Source: an uncultured Halobacteriales archaeon (GTDB taxonomy: Archaea; Thermoplasmatota; E2; JACPAO01; JAHFTW01). From it: a DNA stretch of 64,000 bases. The DNA lies in assembly GCA_964627625.1 (NCBI GenBank), contig CAZVJB010000012.1, forward strand, positions 5,337 to 69,336, given 5' to 3'. Made by a program: the position numbers and the translations under genes. Of the stretch, positions 1-9,503 are shown one piece after another. The notes below the pieces were generated by a model. It searched no databases. It saw only the letters and a program-made list of their open reading frames with translations, and had not been told where the DNA came from. Each line of letters begins with the position of its first letter. Position 1 is the first letter of the stretch.

Positions 1-495
1 TTCCACCCGCATGTAATCGGCAGAAAGGTCGACGTCGATGATGTGGAAGGCGTTCTGGATGCCTACGCACTTGTGCCCGCCCTCGAAGTGGAACTGCGCT
101 GGTCCGTGCGCACTTTCGCCCATCTCTGGCCCGTCCTGATGCAGGTGGACCGAGGTACTCATGGTGGGCGCCGTGCCGAAGTTGTAATACGGCTTGCCGT
201 TGGGTGCCGTCGGAGTCGCCCAGTCAATCCGCTGCCCCGTATCGTGGCCGTCGATTTGACCGCGCGTCGAAGGAACAAAGATGGCGAACGTTGCATGCCA
301 GTGATCGGGGCAATCCAGGTTGCCGGATGCCGCGCCTGACGTAGCCGTGGAACTCATGGTGGGAGCACCCGAACTTGCCGTCGTGTCGCAATCCCGCGGC
401 AAGAAGCCACCGCAGGAACCTTCAGCCGGCGTACCCGAGCAACCAGCAAGCAGGGCCGCAAAGAGCAGGCAAAAGCAAAACAGCGCGCGGCCCAC
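1..495 (-). CDS. Putative lipoprotein, truncated at the window edge (not in the ORF track)
   Basis: Manual translation from GTG at 495: VGRALFCFCLLFAALLAGC (lipobox), Ser/Thr linker, DHWHA..., open to base 1. Confidence 0.7.
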   Translation of the reverse strand, partial: MGRALFCFCLLFAALLAGCSGTPAEGSCGGFLPRDCDTTASSGAPTMSSTATSGAASGNLDCPDHWHATFAIFVPSTRGQIDGHDTGQRIDWATPTAPNGKPYYNFGTAPTMSTSVHLHQDGPEMGESAHGPAQFHFEGGHKCVGIQNAFHIIDVDLSADYMRVE

Positions 496-566
496 ACGCT
501 GGCGACTGCGCGTCGGCTCATGAAGCCGACCGTCTCCTTCAAGCGGGCCGGGGAGGTCGCGGCAGT

Positions 567-1787
567 GTGGGAGGCGACACGGACACGCACACGCCACTAG
601 CCGACGGGTCGCCGCTTGCCGAGGGCGCAGTGGAGGCGTTTCTTGCGGGCCTTGCTGCTGCGCAGCCGGACGTCCTTGTGAAACGCGCCGTACGCCAAGG
701 CCTCATTGACGACTGGCTCGTGTCCCGCGAACGGCCCAACATGATTCGTGTCCTTGCCCTCGGCAAGGCGGCCCCCCGAATGCTCTGGGGTCTCGTCGAG
801 GCAGGCGTCCCGTTTCGCGGCATCGGCGTCGCGCCGCGTGGTGTTGCGGCGCCAGGCGTAGACACGTTCCGCTGGCTGCCTGGCGACCACCCAATCCCTG
901 GCCCAGCGTCATTTGCTGCCGGGGCGCAGGTGCTGGAATGGTGCGACCAACTGGCCCCGGACGAACCCGTCCTTGTTCTCCTGTCGGGAGGGGCGTCTGC
1001 TTGTCTTGAAGTGCCGGCGCCGGGGTATTCGCAAGCCGACGTTGCGGCGGCGCACCGGGAACTCTTGCGCCGCGGCCTTCCGATCGAAGAACTCAACCGT
1101 GAGCGCGGCACGTTGTCAGCAGTCAAACTCGGCAAGTTGGGTGCATGCATGTTGCGGCGTACGAGTCGGGTCCGCGTCTGGCTGCTTGCGGACACGGACC
1201 CCGCCACGGCCGCGGCGACGGCTGGCGGGGCGCCATTCTGGCAGGCCGCGCAGCCAGACCTGATTCCCCACCGCGTCGTTGCCTCGGTCGACGAGCCGAT
1301 TGTCGCGGCCGGCATGAAATTGGGCGCACATGGTTGGACCGTTTATCGCCACGGTGGGCGCATCGCAGGGCCAATCGAAGATGCGGTGGCGGGCTTTGCC
1401 GGGGCCCTCGACGGGTTGCCTCGCGACCGCGACGTCGCGCTGGTGGGCGGTGGCGAAGCCGACCTTGCGGTTCCGGCGGGCGCGCCGGCGGGCGGGCGAG
1501 CGCAGCACGCGGCGCTGCTCTTTGCCCAGCGGCTGCAAGAAGTCGGCTCGGATGCGTTGGTCCTGTGCGCCGCGACGGACGGTGTCGACGGCGCAACCGA
1601 CGCGGCGGGAGCCTGGGTGACCCGGCACGATTGGTCAGCAACGAGCGGCCCCGGCGCCGTTGCGACGTTTGCTTCGCACGAATATCTCGCGGAGCGAGGC
1701 CGCGTCCTGCGAACGGGTCCGACTGGCACGAATCTCAACGACCTTTGGATTGCCCTGCGCCGGGCGGACCCTGTTGCCCCCGTCTAG
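567..1787 (+). CDS. Glycerate 2-kinase-like protein (DUF4147/MOFRL family)
   Basis: ALGKAA, GDHPIP, LLSGGASA, GGE..GGRAQH, ATDGVDG, TGPTGTNLND motifs; start placed at GTG 567 (ORF track 375). Confidence 0.85.
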   Translation: MGGDTDTHTPLADGSPLAEGAVEAFLAGLAAAQPDVLVKRAVRQGLIDDWLVSRERPNMIRVLALGKAAPRMLWGLVEAGVPFRGIGVAPRGVAAPGVDTFRWLPGDHPIPGPASFAAGAQVLEWCDQLAPDEPVLVLLSGGASACLEVPAPGYSQADVAAAHRELLRRGLPIEELNRERGTLSAVKLGKLGACMLRRTSRVRVWLLADTDPATAAATAGGAPFWQAAQPDLIPHRVVASVDEPIVAAGMKLGAHGWTVYRHGGRIAGPIEDAVAGFAGALDGLPRDRDVALVGGGEADLAVPAGAPAGGRAQHAALLFAQRLQEVGSDALVLCAATDGVDGATDAAGAWVTRHDWSATSGPGAVATFASHEYLAERGRVLRTGPTGTNLNDLWIALRRADPVAPV

Positions 1788-2971
1788 CCGGTTGCGGCTT
1801 CTCGGCACGACTTGACGTATGCCGGTTCTGCCTGCTCGCACAAGACCATCCTTTCCGCCTGTTGGGGCACGAGGGCCACTATCATGACGCCGACGGCCCG
1901 GTAGCACAGGTCCTTGGAGTTTTCCGGGATGATGGGGCAGAAGGCGAAGCCGGGCGCGGGCGATGCCTTGTTGTTGACCATTTCTTGGACGGCGCCGTAG
2001 AAGCAGTGACCGACTTTCGTCGCGTTGCCAAGCAGGCAATCGTCGATGACTTTGGCTGTCTCGCCGGGATGGCGTCCGGAAAGATCGCGGCCCATCGACT
2101 GATAGCAGGTAAGGTCGAATGTGTCCGGTGCAAGGTCGCAGCCGGCAAAGACCTCGGCAAACGTGTAGCCTTGCTGCAGCATGACGGACGACTGCATCCA
2201 ATAGCAGGGGTGCCACCACTTCGCGGCCACGACGTTGCAGGGGTAGAGCGGGTCATCCTTCTTCATGCGGACCCAATCCATCGCCATCGCATGTGGTACT
2301 ACTTCGCCATGCGCGGCGTGCCCGCCGGGCCCGGTCTCCGGTAGCTCGTGCTCCATGCTCGTATCGCCTTGGACGTTCTCCATGAAGACGCCGCCTGCGC
2401 ACGAGACCTGGTCCCAGTTCTCGGGGAAAAGTTCGCACCAAGCCAAGGCAGTGGGCAATTGGTGCATGGCAGCCATATCTAGGCCGTGGCCAAGGCCATG
2501 CAGGCACTGGAAGCCGCGGAACTTCCCTTCAGCCTGGGTGCACAATTGCGTCACGTCGGCAGGTCGTGTCGGCGGGCCAGCTTCGTTGAAATGACGTTCC
2601 AATACGCCGTGGAAACAACCCGATGCCATGGTGACGGGGCAGTGCGGCATTGCTGCTGCAACCGATGGGTAGTAGTCGAGCGCGACGCGGCCGAGGTGGT
2701 GGGCGATGGCGTGCTGCTGTTGCAGGACTTCCCGGTCGAGTACGCTCAGTTGGTCTAGCAGCGAAAACGTCGGCTCGGCGCCCGCGGCCAGCATGACCGT
2801 TTCGAGGCGCGCTTGCACGCAACTCGATACGGGTGCCGCATGCTCGCACGCTTGCAAAATCTCGCTTGCGTCCGGAGGCGCGTAGGCCTTGACCGAATCA
2901 CCCAGGAAGACGCCCGCGCCCAGCGCGGCGAGGGCCACCAATGTGACGGCGACCTGCACGGGGATGAGCAT
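1784..2971 (-). CDS. Membrane-anchored Cys/His-repeat hypothetical protein
   Basis: N-terminal hydrophobic segment; repeated HxxxHxLG / CxHGxxE / CxHGLGHG / CxxGVFMEN units. Confidence 0.7.
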   Translation of the reverse strand: MLIPVQVAVTLVALAALGAGVFLGDSVKAYAPPDASEILQACEHAAPVSSCVQARLETVMLAAGAEPTFSLLDQLSVLDREVLQQQHAIAHHLGRVALDYYPSVAAAMPHCPVTMASGCFHGVLERHFNEAGPPTRPADVTQLCTQAEGKFRGFQCLHGLGHGLDMAAMHQLPTALAWCELFPENWDQVSCAGGVFMENVQGDTSMEHELPETGPGGHAAHGEVVPHAMAMDWVRMKKDDPLYPCNVVAAKWWHPCYWMQSSVMLQQGYTFAEVFAGCDLAPDTFDLTCYQSMGRDLSGRHPGETAKVIDDCLLGNATKVGHCFYGAVQEMVNNKASPAPGFAFCPIIPENSKDLCYRAVGVMIVALVPQQAERMVLCEQAEPAYVKSCREAATG

Positions 2972-3125
2972 GCTGCCTGCCACGGTCAGTCGAGGAACCG
3001 GCCGGCATATCAAGCAAACGGCCGGGGGCGATGCTGGGCGGCGCGCCTAGCCCTGTCATGAGATGGACGAAGGCCTCGTTTGGAACGCCCCCAAGCCGCA
3101 CCTCGACATTAAATAGGACCTGTTC

Positions 3126-4172
3126 GTGGGAAAAATTGTGTTCGAGAACGTCCCCACCATCCTGTCGTCCAAGGAGATTTTGGACAAGGCGTTCCTGAAG
3201 GCGAACAAGCTTGAGGTTCCCGACCCCGATAAGTACCACCGCATCCGCAAGACGGAGGAGGTGCAGATGAAACACATCGCCGAGTCCTGCACCGACGCGC
3301 TTGAGCGATACGTCAAGGCCTTCCCCAACATGGACGCGATTCCGGGCTACGAACGCGAGGTCCTGGACATCCTGGTCGGCGTGGACGATTTGAAAAAGGC
3401 TCTCGGCCACATTGATTGGGCGCGCGACAAGATTCGCGAGGTTTACGGCGAGGTCGCGGGCGCGATGCGGCGTGAGCGCACGACCCTTGGCATCCAGGCG
3501 CAGAAACGACGCTTCTCCGGCCGGGCCGCGAGCCTCATGGGCAAAATCGAGAAGGACCTCAAGTTCCTCTCCAAGGCCCGCGACAAGGTGCGCTTGCTGC
3601 CGACCGTGCACCCGCAGTATCCGACCGTCGTGATTGCAGGCTTCCCCAACGTTGGCAAGTCCAGCCTGCTTGCCGCCTGGACGAAGGCCCACCCGGAAAT
3701 CGCCTCCTATGCCTTCACGACGAAGGCGGCCAACGTCGGTCACATCGAAGTCACAAGCCCCGAGGGCGACGTCACGTTCATCCAAGTTGTCGACACACCC
3801 GGCCTCCTCGACCGCCCTGATACGGAGCGCAACATCGTGGAGCGCCAAGCGGTGGCCGCCCTGCGCTACGCCGCCGACGCCTGCCTGTTCTTGATCGACA
3901 TGAGTGAGATGTCCGGCTACACCATTCCCGAGCAGGAGAAGTTGCTTGAACAGGTCCGCAAGGAAATGTCTGGCATTCCGATGCTGGTTGCGGAATCCAA
4001 GGTGGATCTCGGCCGCAGCACGACCGACCGGCTCAAGTTCAGCACGGGCACGAAGGAAGGCCTGGAAGAATTGAAGGCCGCCGTCATCCAGCTCATTACA
4101 CCCGAGGAACCGGAACTTGAGATGGATCCTCTTGATTTGTGGAAGTCAAAGCGCGACCCGATGTTCGGTTAG
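3126..4172 (+). CDS. NOG1-family (OBG-like) GTP-binding protein
   Basis: GFPNVGKSS (G1), YAFTT (G2), DTPG (G3), SKVD (G4); helical N-terminus ILDKAF typical of archaeal NOG1. Confidence 0.92.
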   Translation: MGKIVFENVPTILSSKEILDKAFLKANKLEVPDPDKYHRIRKTEEVQMKHIAESCTDALERYVKAFPNMDAIPGYEREVLDILVGVDDLKKALGHIDWARDKIREVYGEVAGAMRRERTTLGIQAQKRRFSGRAASLMGKIEKDLKFLSKARDKVRLLPTVHPQYPTVVIAGFPNVGKSSLLAAWTKAHPEIASYAFTTKAANVGHIEVTSPEGDVTFIQVVDTPGLLDRPDTERNIVERQAVAALRYAADACLFLIDMSEMSGYTIPEQEKLLEQVRKEMSGIPMLVAESKVDLGRSTTDRLKFSTGTKEGLEELKAAVIQLITPEEPELEMDPLDLWKSKRDPMFG

Positions 4173-4290
4173 AATATTCACCGGAGTCTGCCATGCGGCC
4201 CGTCGACCAATCCGCCGAGCGCGCCGTAAGAGGTTGGAGTACGAAGCCGCCGAACCCGACGACGTAACCGCGAATTACTTGAATTGCACG

Positions 4291-4640
4291 AAAACCTGCT
4301 TGATTCCGACCCTCGACCCATTCGGGCAGTCCTCCGACGGCGGCGCCTTCTTGAAGGAATGGAAGGATGAATCGCCCCCGGCCGGGGCGAGCGAATGCCA
4401 ATGCGCAGCGAGGCAGAGCGAGGGTTTGGCAAGCCCGACTGCGCAAGCGCTAGCGCGCGAAGGGCGCGGGCCGCCGGGGGCACGGCTTGGGTCGGCATTC
4501 GGAGGCCTGGGATGACGGGTTGCCGAAGATGCCAACACAATAGAATGCCAGCACGATGAACCCTATCCCTATGCATCCCGAAATCCCAGGCCGCCGGCTT
4601 GTCGGCCATGTCGGATTCGTCATGCAACAGGCCCCCGCCC
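4291..4640 (+). repeat. Dispersed repeat copy 1 (unoccupied; core CCGACGG at 4334-4340)
   Basis: AAAACCTGCTTGAT..GACCCATTC..GCAGTCCTCCGACGGCGGCGCCTT.TTGAAGGAATGGAAGGAT; later GAAATCCCAGGCCGCCGGC shared with copies 3 and 5; right end approximate. Confidence 0.85.
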
Positions 4641-4720
4641 GTGCCGTCGAGTTTGCTGGCCCTCGCGTGGCGCCGAACCTGGTGCCAAACCTCAAGTTGC
4701 GCCCAGCCGGTGTGGCGGCC

Positions 4721-5161
4721 ATGCGCGCCTTGCTGGCCCTGGTGCTCGTCGTGTTCGTCCTTCTGGCTGGTTGCGCAGCAAGCGGGCCTGCGCCTAAATT
4801 CACGATGACGGGACTGCCCAGTTACGAAGTCGATCTGGTCATCCGCGATGTCGCAATCGAGCCCGGCCGGTGTTTCGATGGCGCAACCGTGTTCGAGCAG
4901 GAGTGTCATGTCGTCCGCCTGCGCTTGGACAACTCCGCAAATGCCGTCACGGTCGAAACCCAATTGTCCTGGAGCGCTGCCGACGCAGCCGGCGGTGGCG
5001 TGCCGCACGGCGAAATGAAGGGGCCGTCGTCCGTTGCGCCGCACGGGTCGACAGACCTCACCATACGGTTCACCACCCCGCAGGACTCGCCACACTTGAT
5101 CCACATCGTCTTCCATGGTTACCCTGGCGCGCGCGGCGAAGCTGACCTTCCGGGCTACTGA
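4721..5161 (+). CDS. Lipoprotein, probably with an Ig-like/beta-sandwich domain
   Basis: MRALLALVLVVFVLLAGC lipobox; beta-rich mature part. Confidence 0.7.
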   Translation: MRALLALVLVVFVLLAGCAASGPAPKFTMTGLPSYEVDLVIRDVAIEPGRCFDGATVFEQECHVVRLRLDNSANAVTVETQLSWSAADAAGGGVPHGEMKGPSSVAPHGSTDLTIRFTTPQDSPHLIHIVFHGYPGARGEADLPGY

Positions 5162-5820
5162 CCAGCGTCGCCCAGGCACTGCTGCACATGCCGCAAACTG
5201 GCGGCAACGCTGCGGGCAGCCGGCTCGCCCTCCAGGCTCTCGCCGTGTCCGCAATGTAAAACGCGCACCGGCAGTCGTGATAGCCGTAGAATCGATTCGG
5301 CCTCCGTTGCAAGATGTCCATCCGGGAAATCGAAGCGCCCGATGCCACCATCGGCGAACAGCGTGTCCCCCGAGAACAAGGTCCCGGATGCTGCGTGCCA
5401 ATAGCAGGCGGAGCCGGGAGAGTGGCCGGGTGTTGCAAGGACTGAGAAATCATGCTCGCCCAATTGGATGTGTTCGCCATCGAGCAGTTCGTCGACGTCG
5501 AGTTGGGGAATGCGTGCACCGAAGCGCTCCGACGTCGGGTCGCGGCCGTCACGGAGTTTCAGGGCGGCGCCGCGTGACGCGTGCAGTTTTGCGCCGAGTG
5601 CCTTCCATTTGGGCAAGCCATTGACGTGGTCGAGGTGCTCATGCGTGACCACCACGTTGCGAATCCGCGCCGGCTCAATCACGCGGGCCACCTCGGCAAG
5701 CACGTTGTCGAAATCCAACCCGTGACCGGCGTCCACGAGGTCGAAACGATTCGCTTTGGCATCCTTGACGAGGAACTGATTACAGTCCCAGCCGCGGCCG
5801 CCGAGGCGTACAATGTTCAT
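5155..5820 (-). CDS. MBL-fold metallo-hydrolase (glyoxalase II-like)
   Basis: THEHLDH, TPGHSPGS, LFSGD, CGHG motifs; start MNIVRLGG at 5820 overlaps the upstream stop (ATGA). Confidence 0.9.
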   Translation of the reverse strand: MNIVRLGGRGWDCNQFLVKDAKANRFDLVDAGHGLDFDNVLAEVARVIEPARIRNVVVTHEHLDHVNGLPKWKALGAKLHASRGAALKLRDGRDPTSERFGARIPQLDVDELLDGEHIQLGEHDFSVLATPGHSPGSACYWHAASGTLFSGDTLFADGGIGRFDFPDGHLATEAESILRLSRLPVRVLHCGHGESLEGEPAARSVAASLRHVQQCLGDAGQ

Positions 5821-7058
5821 GGTGTGCCGGCCCCCGTTGCCGCGGGCTCGATGGCGCCGAAAAGTTCGCGCTCTGGGTCGGGGCCGGCCGGCCATTCGGG
5901 GCCAAGGCCTGCGATGTCGGGGCGTCGTCGGGCATCCTCGGCGATGCGGGCGAAGGCTTGTTGGCGCCGGGCCGCCGCAATCGGCCCAGGTTCGTAAAGG
6001 AGTCGCGTCATCATGTCGACCTGCAGGTGAAGCGAAGCCACGTAGCGGTCATGCTCGGCGGCGTACCGGGCGGCGGCTTCGTCGTAATCCGCCGTGGCGA
6101 CGAGGTGATCCCCGAGGACGCGGGCGTCCCTGAGGGCCAATGACAAGCCGCAGCCAAACGTGGGGTCGCTGGTGGCTGCCGCGTCGCCAATTAGCGCGAG
6201 GCCGGGTTGCGCCGGGTGGGGAACCCAGGACTCGGCGCATTCGAAGCTCGCCAGTGGCCCGATGGGTCGTGCGACCGCGAACCAGGATTCCGGCACCCCA
6301 CATGCCACGCTTTGCAGGATCATTTCCGCCACTCCGTTGGGCCCTCGCGGGGGGGCGCGAGTACCCTGCGCGTAAAACCCGAAGTAGCAGCGGAACCGTC
6401 CCCGCCCGAGCGGGAAGACGAAGGCGAACTGCCCCAGCGCCGGGTTCGAATACGAATGGACGGAATCCTCGGACGCGGTCAGTCCCGTGAACATCTGGGC
6501 GGCGATGACCATGCGATCTTGGTCGCGTTGGATGGGGAAACTGGCCCATTTCCGGCTCGGGGCATTTCGTCCATCGGCCCCTACGATTAGTCCTGCCGTG
6601 AAGCGGCGGTCGCCGTCAGGCAAATTTGCATTTACCGTGGGCGGAGGTCCCGGCAGGAAGCCACCTGCGACGACGCCGCGCCTGACGTCGGCCCCCGCCT
6701 TCTGCGCGGCCTGGAGCATCACTTCCTGCATCTCCGGATGGTAGAACTGCAAGGAGCCGACGGCGTGCGGCGTCGTGGCCGCCATGTCACGCGGCGCCGC
6801 CGGAAAGCCCGTGATGCGCGTCGTGCGGTAACGCGTCTCGTGGCCGCAGCTTTCCTTGAGAAGATAATAGACGCCAAGTTTTCTGGCCTCCGCAACGCCC
6901 CAAGGGTGCAACGTCTCACCACGCAGGCGTTCCCGAAAGGCCGTTTCGCGCTCCAGGATGAGGACGCGGATGCCCCCGTCAGCCAACCGCTTTCCAAGGG
7001 CGGCTCCCGCGATGCCCGCCCCGACGATTATCACGTCGTAGTCCGTTTGCGTCGTCAT
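5817..7058 (-). CDS. FAD-dependent oxidoreductase/monooxygenase
   Basis: DVIIVGAGIAG Rossmann motif, VGADG, LIGDAA..SDP..GCGL. Confidence 0.9.
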   Translation of the reverse strand: MTTQTDYDVIIVGAGIAGAALGKRLADGGIRVLILERETAFRERLRGETLHPWGVAEARKLGVYYLLKESCGHETRYRTTRITGFPAAPRDMAATTPHAVGSLQFYHPEMQEVMLQAAQKAGADVRRGVVAGGFLPGPPPTVNANLPDGDRRFTAGLIVGADGRNAPSRKWASFPIQRDQDRMVIAAQMFTGLTASEDSVHSYSNPALGQFAFVFPLGRGRFRCYFGFYAQGTRAPPRGPNGVAEMILQSVACGVPESWFAVARPIGPLASFECAESWVPHPAQPGLALIGDAAATSDPTFGCGLSLALRDARVLGDHLVATADYDEAAARYAAEHDRYVASLHLQVDMMTRLLYEPGPIAAARRQQAFARIAEDARRRPDIAGLGPEWPAGPDPERELFGAIEPAATGAGTP

Positions 7059-7190
7059 CCAGGGTGCACCAACGAAACCGAATATCTGGCTGCCGCCATC
7101 GTCGGCGCCCAAAGCCTGCGGCACGGCCCGCAGGTTCCTGCGTCATGTTGCACAGGTTCCGCCTCTGCAAATAGGCGCAAGTCTACCGTC

Positions 7191-7237
7191 GAACTGTTGC
7201 GCTCCCAGCCGCGGCCGCCGAAGCGAACAAATCGCAT
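7191..7237 (-). pseudogene. Degenerate duplicate of the 5' end of the MBL gene
   Basis: 19-bp identity TCCCAGCCGCGGCCGCCGA with 5786-5804; reads MRFVRFGGRGWERN vs MNIVRLGGRGWDCN. Confidence 0.65.
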
Positions 7238-7409
7238 GACATGACGGCAGGGCGGGTGCAAAATAGCCTTGCGCACGGCGCCGATTGCCGCGAACGACTC
7301 ACACGGAATCGATGTTGGCGCCGGTGGCGTGGGGTTTGGAGCGTTCGCGTTGGGGGGCCATGGCTGAACGCGTTGACGACGATGAACGCGATGGCGACGA
7401 TGCAACCCA

Positions 7410-7628
7410 TACGTCGGCCGGCTTCATCGGGTTCATGCGACGAAATTGGGTTCATGCGTGTTCCCCCAACGGCGGCCGGTGCCCCCGGCGGCCCTGCCTT
7501 CCACGCTCGCTTCGCATCGCGCGTAGGCCTGCCAAGCCCTCGCGTGACTCGCGGCACTCGTCTGCTCGCCCCGCACGGGGGCCAGTAATCCTTCCATTCC
7601 TTCAACAAGGCGACGACGCCGCCGTCGG
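7410..7628 (-). repeat. Dispersed repeat copy 2, left part (interrupted by the island)
   Basis: Closely matches the reverse complement of ~49977-50180 and stops exactly at CCGTCGG. Confidence 0.92.
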
Positions 7629-7644
7629 TAATCTCTCTCTGGTG
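7622..7644. other. attL: core CCGTCGG (7622-7628) plus arm CTCTCTCTGGTG (7633-7644)
   Basis: Core repeated at 43589-43595; arm is the exact reverse complement of 43570-43581. Confidence 0.85.
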
Positions 7645-7873
7645 TTATCAAATTTATTTTGGGTGGGGGAGGCGCGGAACTGGGCTTCGGGGGGTTCCGT
7701 CAACAGCCCTTTCCTAACTAAGGGCAGACTTTGGGGGGGCCCTAGCCCCCACGAAGGCGGACATGAGGATAAGGGTATGGGATAGGTGAATGGAGACACA
7801 CAGGTGCGCAAGTGCCGAGTGACTCCACAAAAACAAAAGGAAGGTTGGATGGCAATCCAGAGTCTACTGCGAC

Positions 7874-8185
7874 TCATAAATTCGCCTCGCGGGACCGTTT
7901 CGGCCTTGTTGGCTTGGCCACTGTTCGTGGCGTTCGGCCCTGCTTGGCGTTGTCGGCTTTGGGTGTTGGTGGTGAGAGGGTAACGACGGCGGCAATGGCG
8001 GCCAGCGCGTCGGCCTGGTCAGCTCCCTCGTATAGGGCGAACTCGTTGCAGGGGGAGCTTCGGTGGGCGCGCCGGGCGTGGAACTGGAGGCGTGCCGGTA
8101 CGGTATACCAGTGGGGCCCACACATCAGCCACCGGATGGGGCATGGGACGCCGCATCCAGGTACGTGGCACAAGTGCTCTGTCAA
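7874..8185 (-). CDS. Small virus-like Cys/His protein
   Basis: TTG start overlapping the upstream stop; HLCHVPGC..LMCGPHWYTVP putative Zn-binding pattern. Confidence 0.65.
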   Translation of the reverse strand: MTEHLCHVPGCGVPCPIRWLMCGPHWYTVPARLQFHARRAHRSSPCNEFALYEGADQADALAAIAAVVTLSPPTPKADNAKQGRTPRTVAKPTRPKRSREANL

Positions 8186-8556
8186 ACGAGCCTCCTCTGA
8201 ATCAGAAGTGGTTCGGGCATCATAGGTGTTGTGACGGCTTGCCTCGGGTCCGGGAATGCCGGGTCCAATCGGTCCGGTCGCCCGTCCCAGCGTACGGGGA
8301 CGAATCGATTGTCGATATGCCGCAACTGAGTCGGCCTGGACCACCCAGGCACCCAGCACGCCATCATGTACCCCGTGCCGTCGGTTTGCCCGTTCGCTGT
8401 GAAGCCCGGACGCGCAGGCAAGGGGTAGGCAGCCGCCGCAGGGAAGATTCGCCAGAATCGCTTGTAACGCGTCTGCACTTCAAGGAAACCAGCATCAAGC
8501 CGCCCCTCTTCGTCGATTTGCAAACTCCTCATGGCTTTCGGCATCAGGTGTGCCAT
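8182..8556 (-). CDS. Hypothetical protein
   Basis: MAHLMPKAM... start just downstream of the 14-bp repeat block; stop coupled to the next gene. Confidence 0.5.
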   Translation of the reverse strand: MAHLMPKAMRSLQIDEEGRLDAGFLEVQTRYKRFWRIFPAAAAYPLPARPGFTANGQTDGTGYMMACWVPGWSRPTQLRHIDNRFVPVRWDGRPDRLDPAFPDPRQAVTTPMMPEPLLIQRRLV

Positions 8557-8740
8557 AGGCCGTCCTACATACGCCGTCCTACATGCGCCGTCCTCCACAC
8601 CCCGTCCTTCTGTTGGGAGCCATCGGGCACGGCCACAAATCGCAGTCGGAATCGGGTCGTTAGAGGTCGTTTTCGTGCAATTCGTTCTCAGCGGAGTGTG
8701 CCATAGTCCGTCCCCCATGGCCCGTCCCCCATACGCCGCC
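8548..8740. repeat. Two blocks of 14-bp tandem repeats (iteron/operator-like)
   Basis: CCGTCC at 8560, 8574, 8588, 8602 and at 8708, 8722 (partial 8736); both blocks begin with GTGTGCCATAG (8548, 8696). Confidence 0.8.
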
Positions 8741-8781
8741 ATCAGGAGAAACCACTGTTGGGCGTGCATTGGTGTTTGCCA

Positions 8782-8988
8782 TCATTCCCACCATCGGGCC
8801 AGCGGAACCGTCAGCGTATTCAGAACTTCCTCGGCAAAGGCCCGCATGTAGGCGACGGGCATGTAGTGCGCATCATCATGGTCCAGCAAGAAGTCCGTCG
8901 CGTACATTCGCACGAGACCCGGCTCGTGCGGTCCTGGACCATGCTTGGCGGCAAACGCCTGAGCGACCACCTTGGGGTCCGGCTTCAC
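8782..8988 (-). CDS. Small hypothetical protein
   Basis: GTG start overlapping the upstream TGA, preceded by a GGAGGTG SD. Confidence 0.6.
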   Translation of the reverse strand: MKPDPKVVAQAFAAKHGPGPHEPGLVRMYATDFLLDHDDAHYMPVAYMRAFAEEVLNTLTVPLARWWE

Positions 8989-9503
8989 GCCGACACCTCC
9001 GCGGCCAAAACTGCCGCCATCGTGGGGGCGACTTCCCGGGTCGGCCAAGCCGGACGAGGCATCACGTGATAGACCACCCGGGGACCAAACGTGCGGCGGG
9101 TCACTAGGCCGACGGCCGCCAAACGGCCCAGCGCGTGCTGTGACGTCGACCGTGGCATAGCCAGCGCATCAAGCACGTCGCGCTGGAACACCGGCGCAAG
9201 GCGCTCCACCACGCGCAGCACGCCGTACTGTTTCGGCGTCAGGCTAGCCAATGCGGCCAACCGGCTGGCAATCTCAGGCGGCGGCCGAGAGCCCGCAAAG
9301 TGCAACAACCGCACGTCCTGGCGAACCAGCCAGACCAAGCCAAAGCGCGCAAGCAACCGGACGTGATGCGCCAAGCAACCAGCCGGAAGATTCGTGGCCG
9401 CCGCCAAGCGACGAAATCCCAAGCCAGGCTGGGCCGAGAGTGTGTCGAGAATCAATTGCCGCCGCGGATGGGCAGCCACGTTGCCGGCGCGGATGCGTTG
9501 CAT
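8985..9503 (-). CDS. Double winged-helix DNA-binding protein
   Basis: HPRRQLILDTL..PGLGFRRL..LAHHVRLL and a second wHTH QRDVLDALAMPRSTSQHALGRL. Confidence 0.8.
   Translation of the reverse strand: MQRIRAGNVAAHPRRQLILDTLSAQPGLGFRRLAAATNLPAGCLAHHVRLLARFGLVWLVRQDVRLLHFAGSRPPPEIASRLAALASLTPKQYGVLRVVERLAPVFQRDVLDALAMPRSTSQHALGRLAAVGLVTRRTFGPRVVYHVMPRPAWPTREVAPTMAAVLAAEVSA

Noticed and set aside
7600-7760. tRNA gene at the integration site
   Set aside because: No cloverleaf or TTCGA T-loop found; the junction lies within the dispersed repeat
7602-7877. 91-aa ORF continuing the small-gene operon
   Set aside because: Its start is coupled to the upstream stop, but it runs through attL into host repeat and has no recognisable features; not supported
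8669-8684. 15-bp inverted match to 4281-4295 (GAATTGCACGAAAAC)
   Set aside because: Single short match with no extension; may be chance
8548-8740. CRISPR array
   Set aside because: Units are 14-bp tandem repeats without unique spacers, and there are no cas genes
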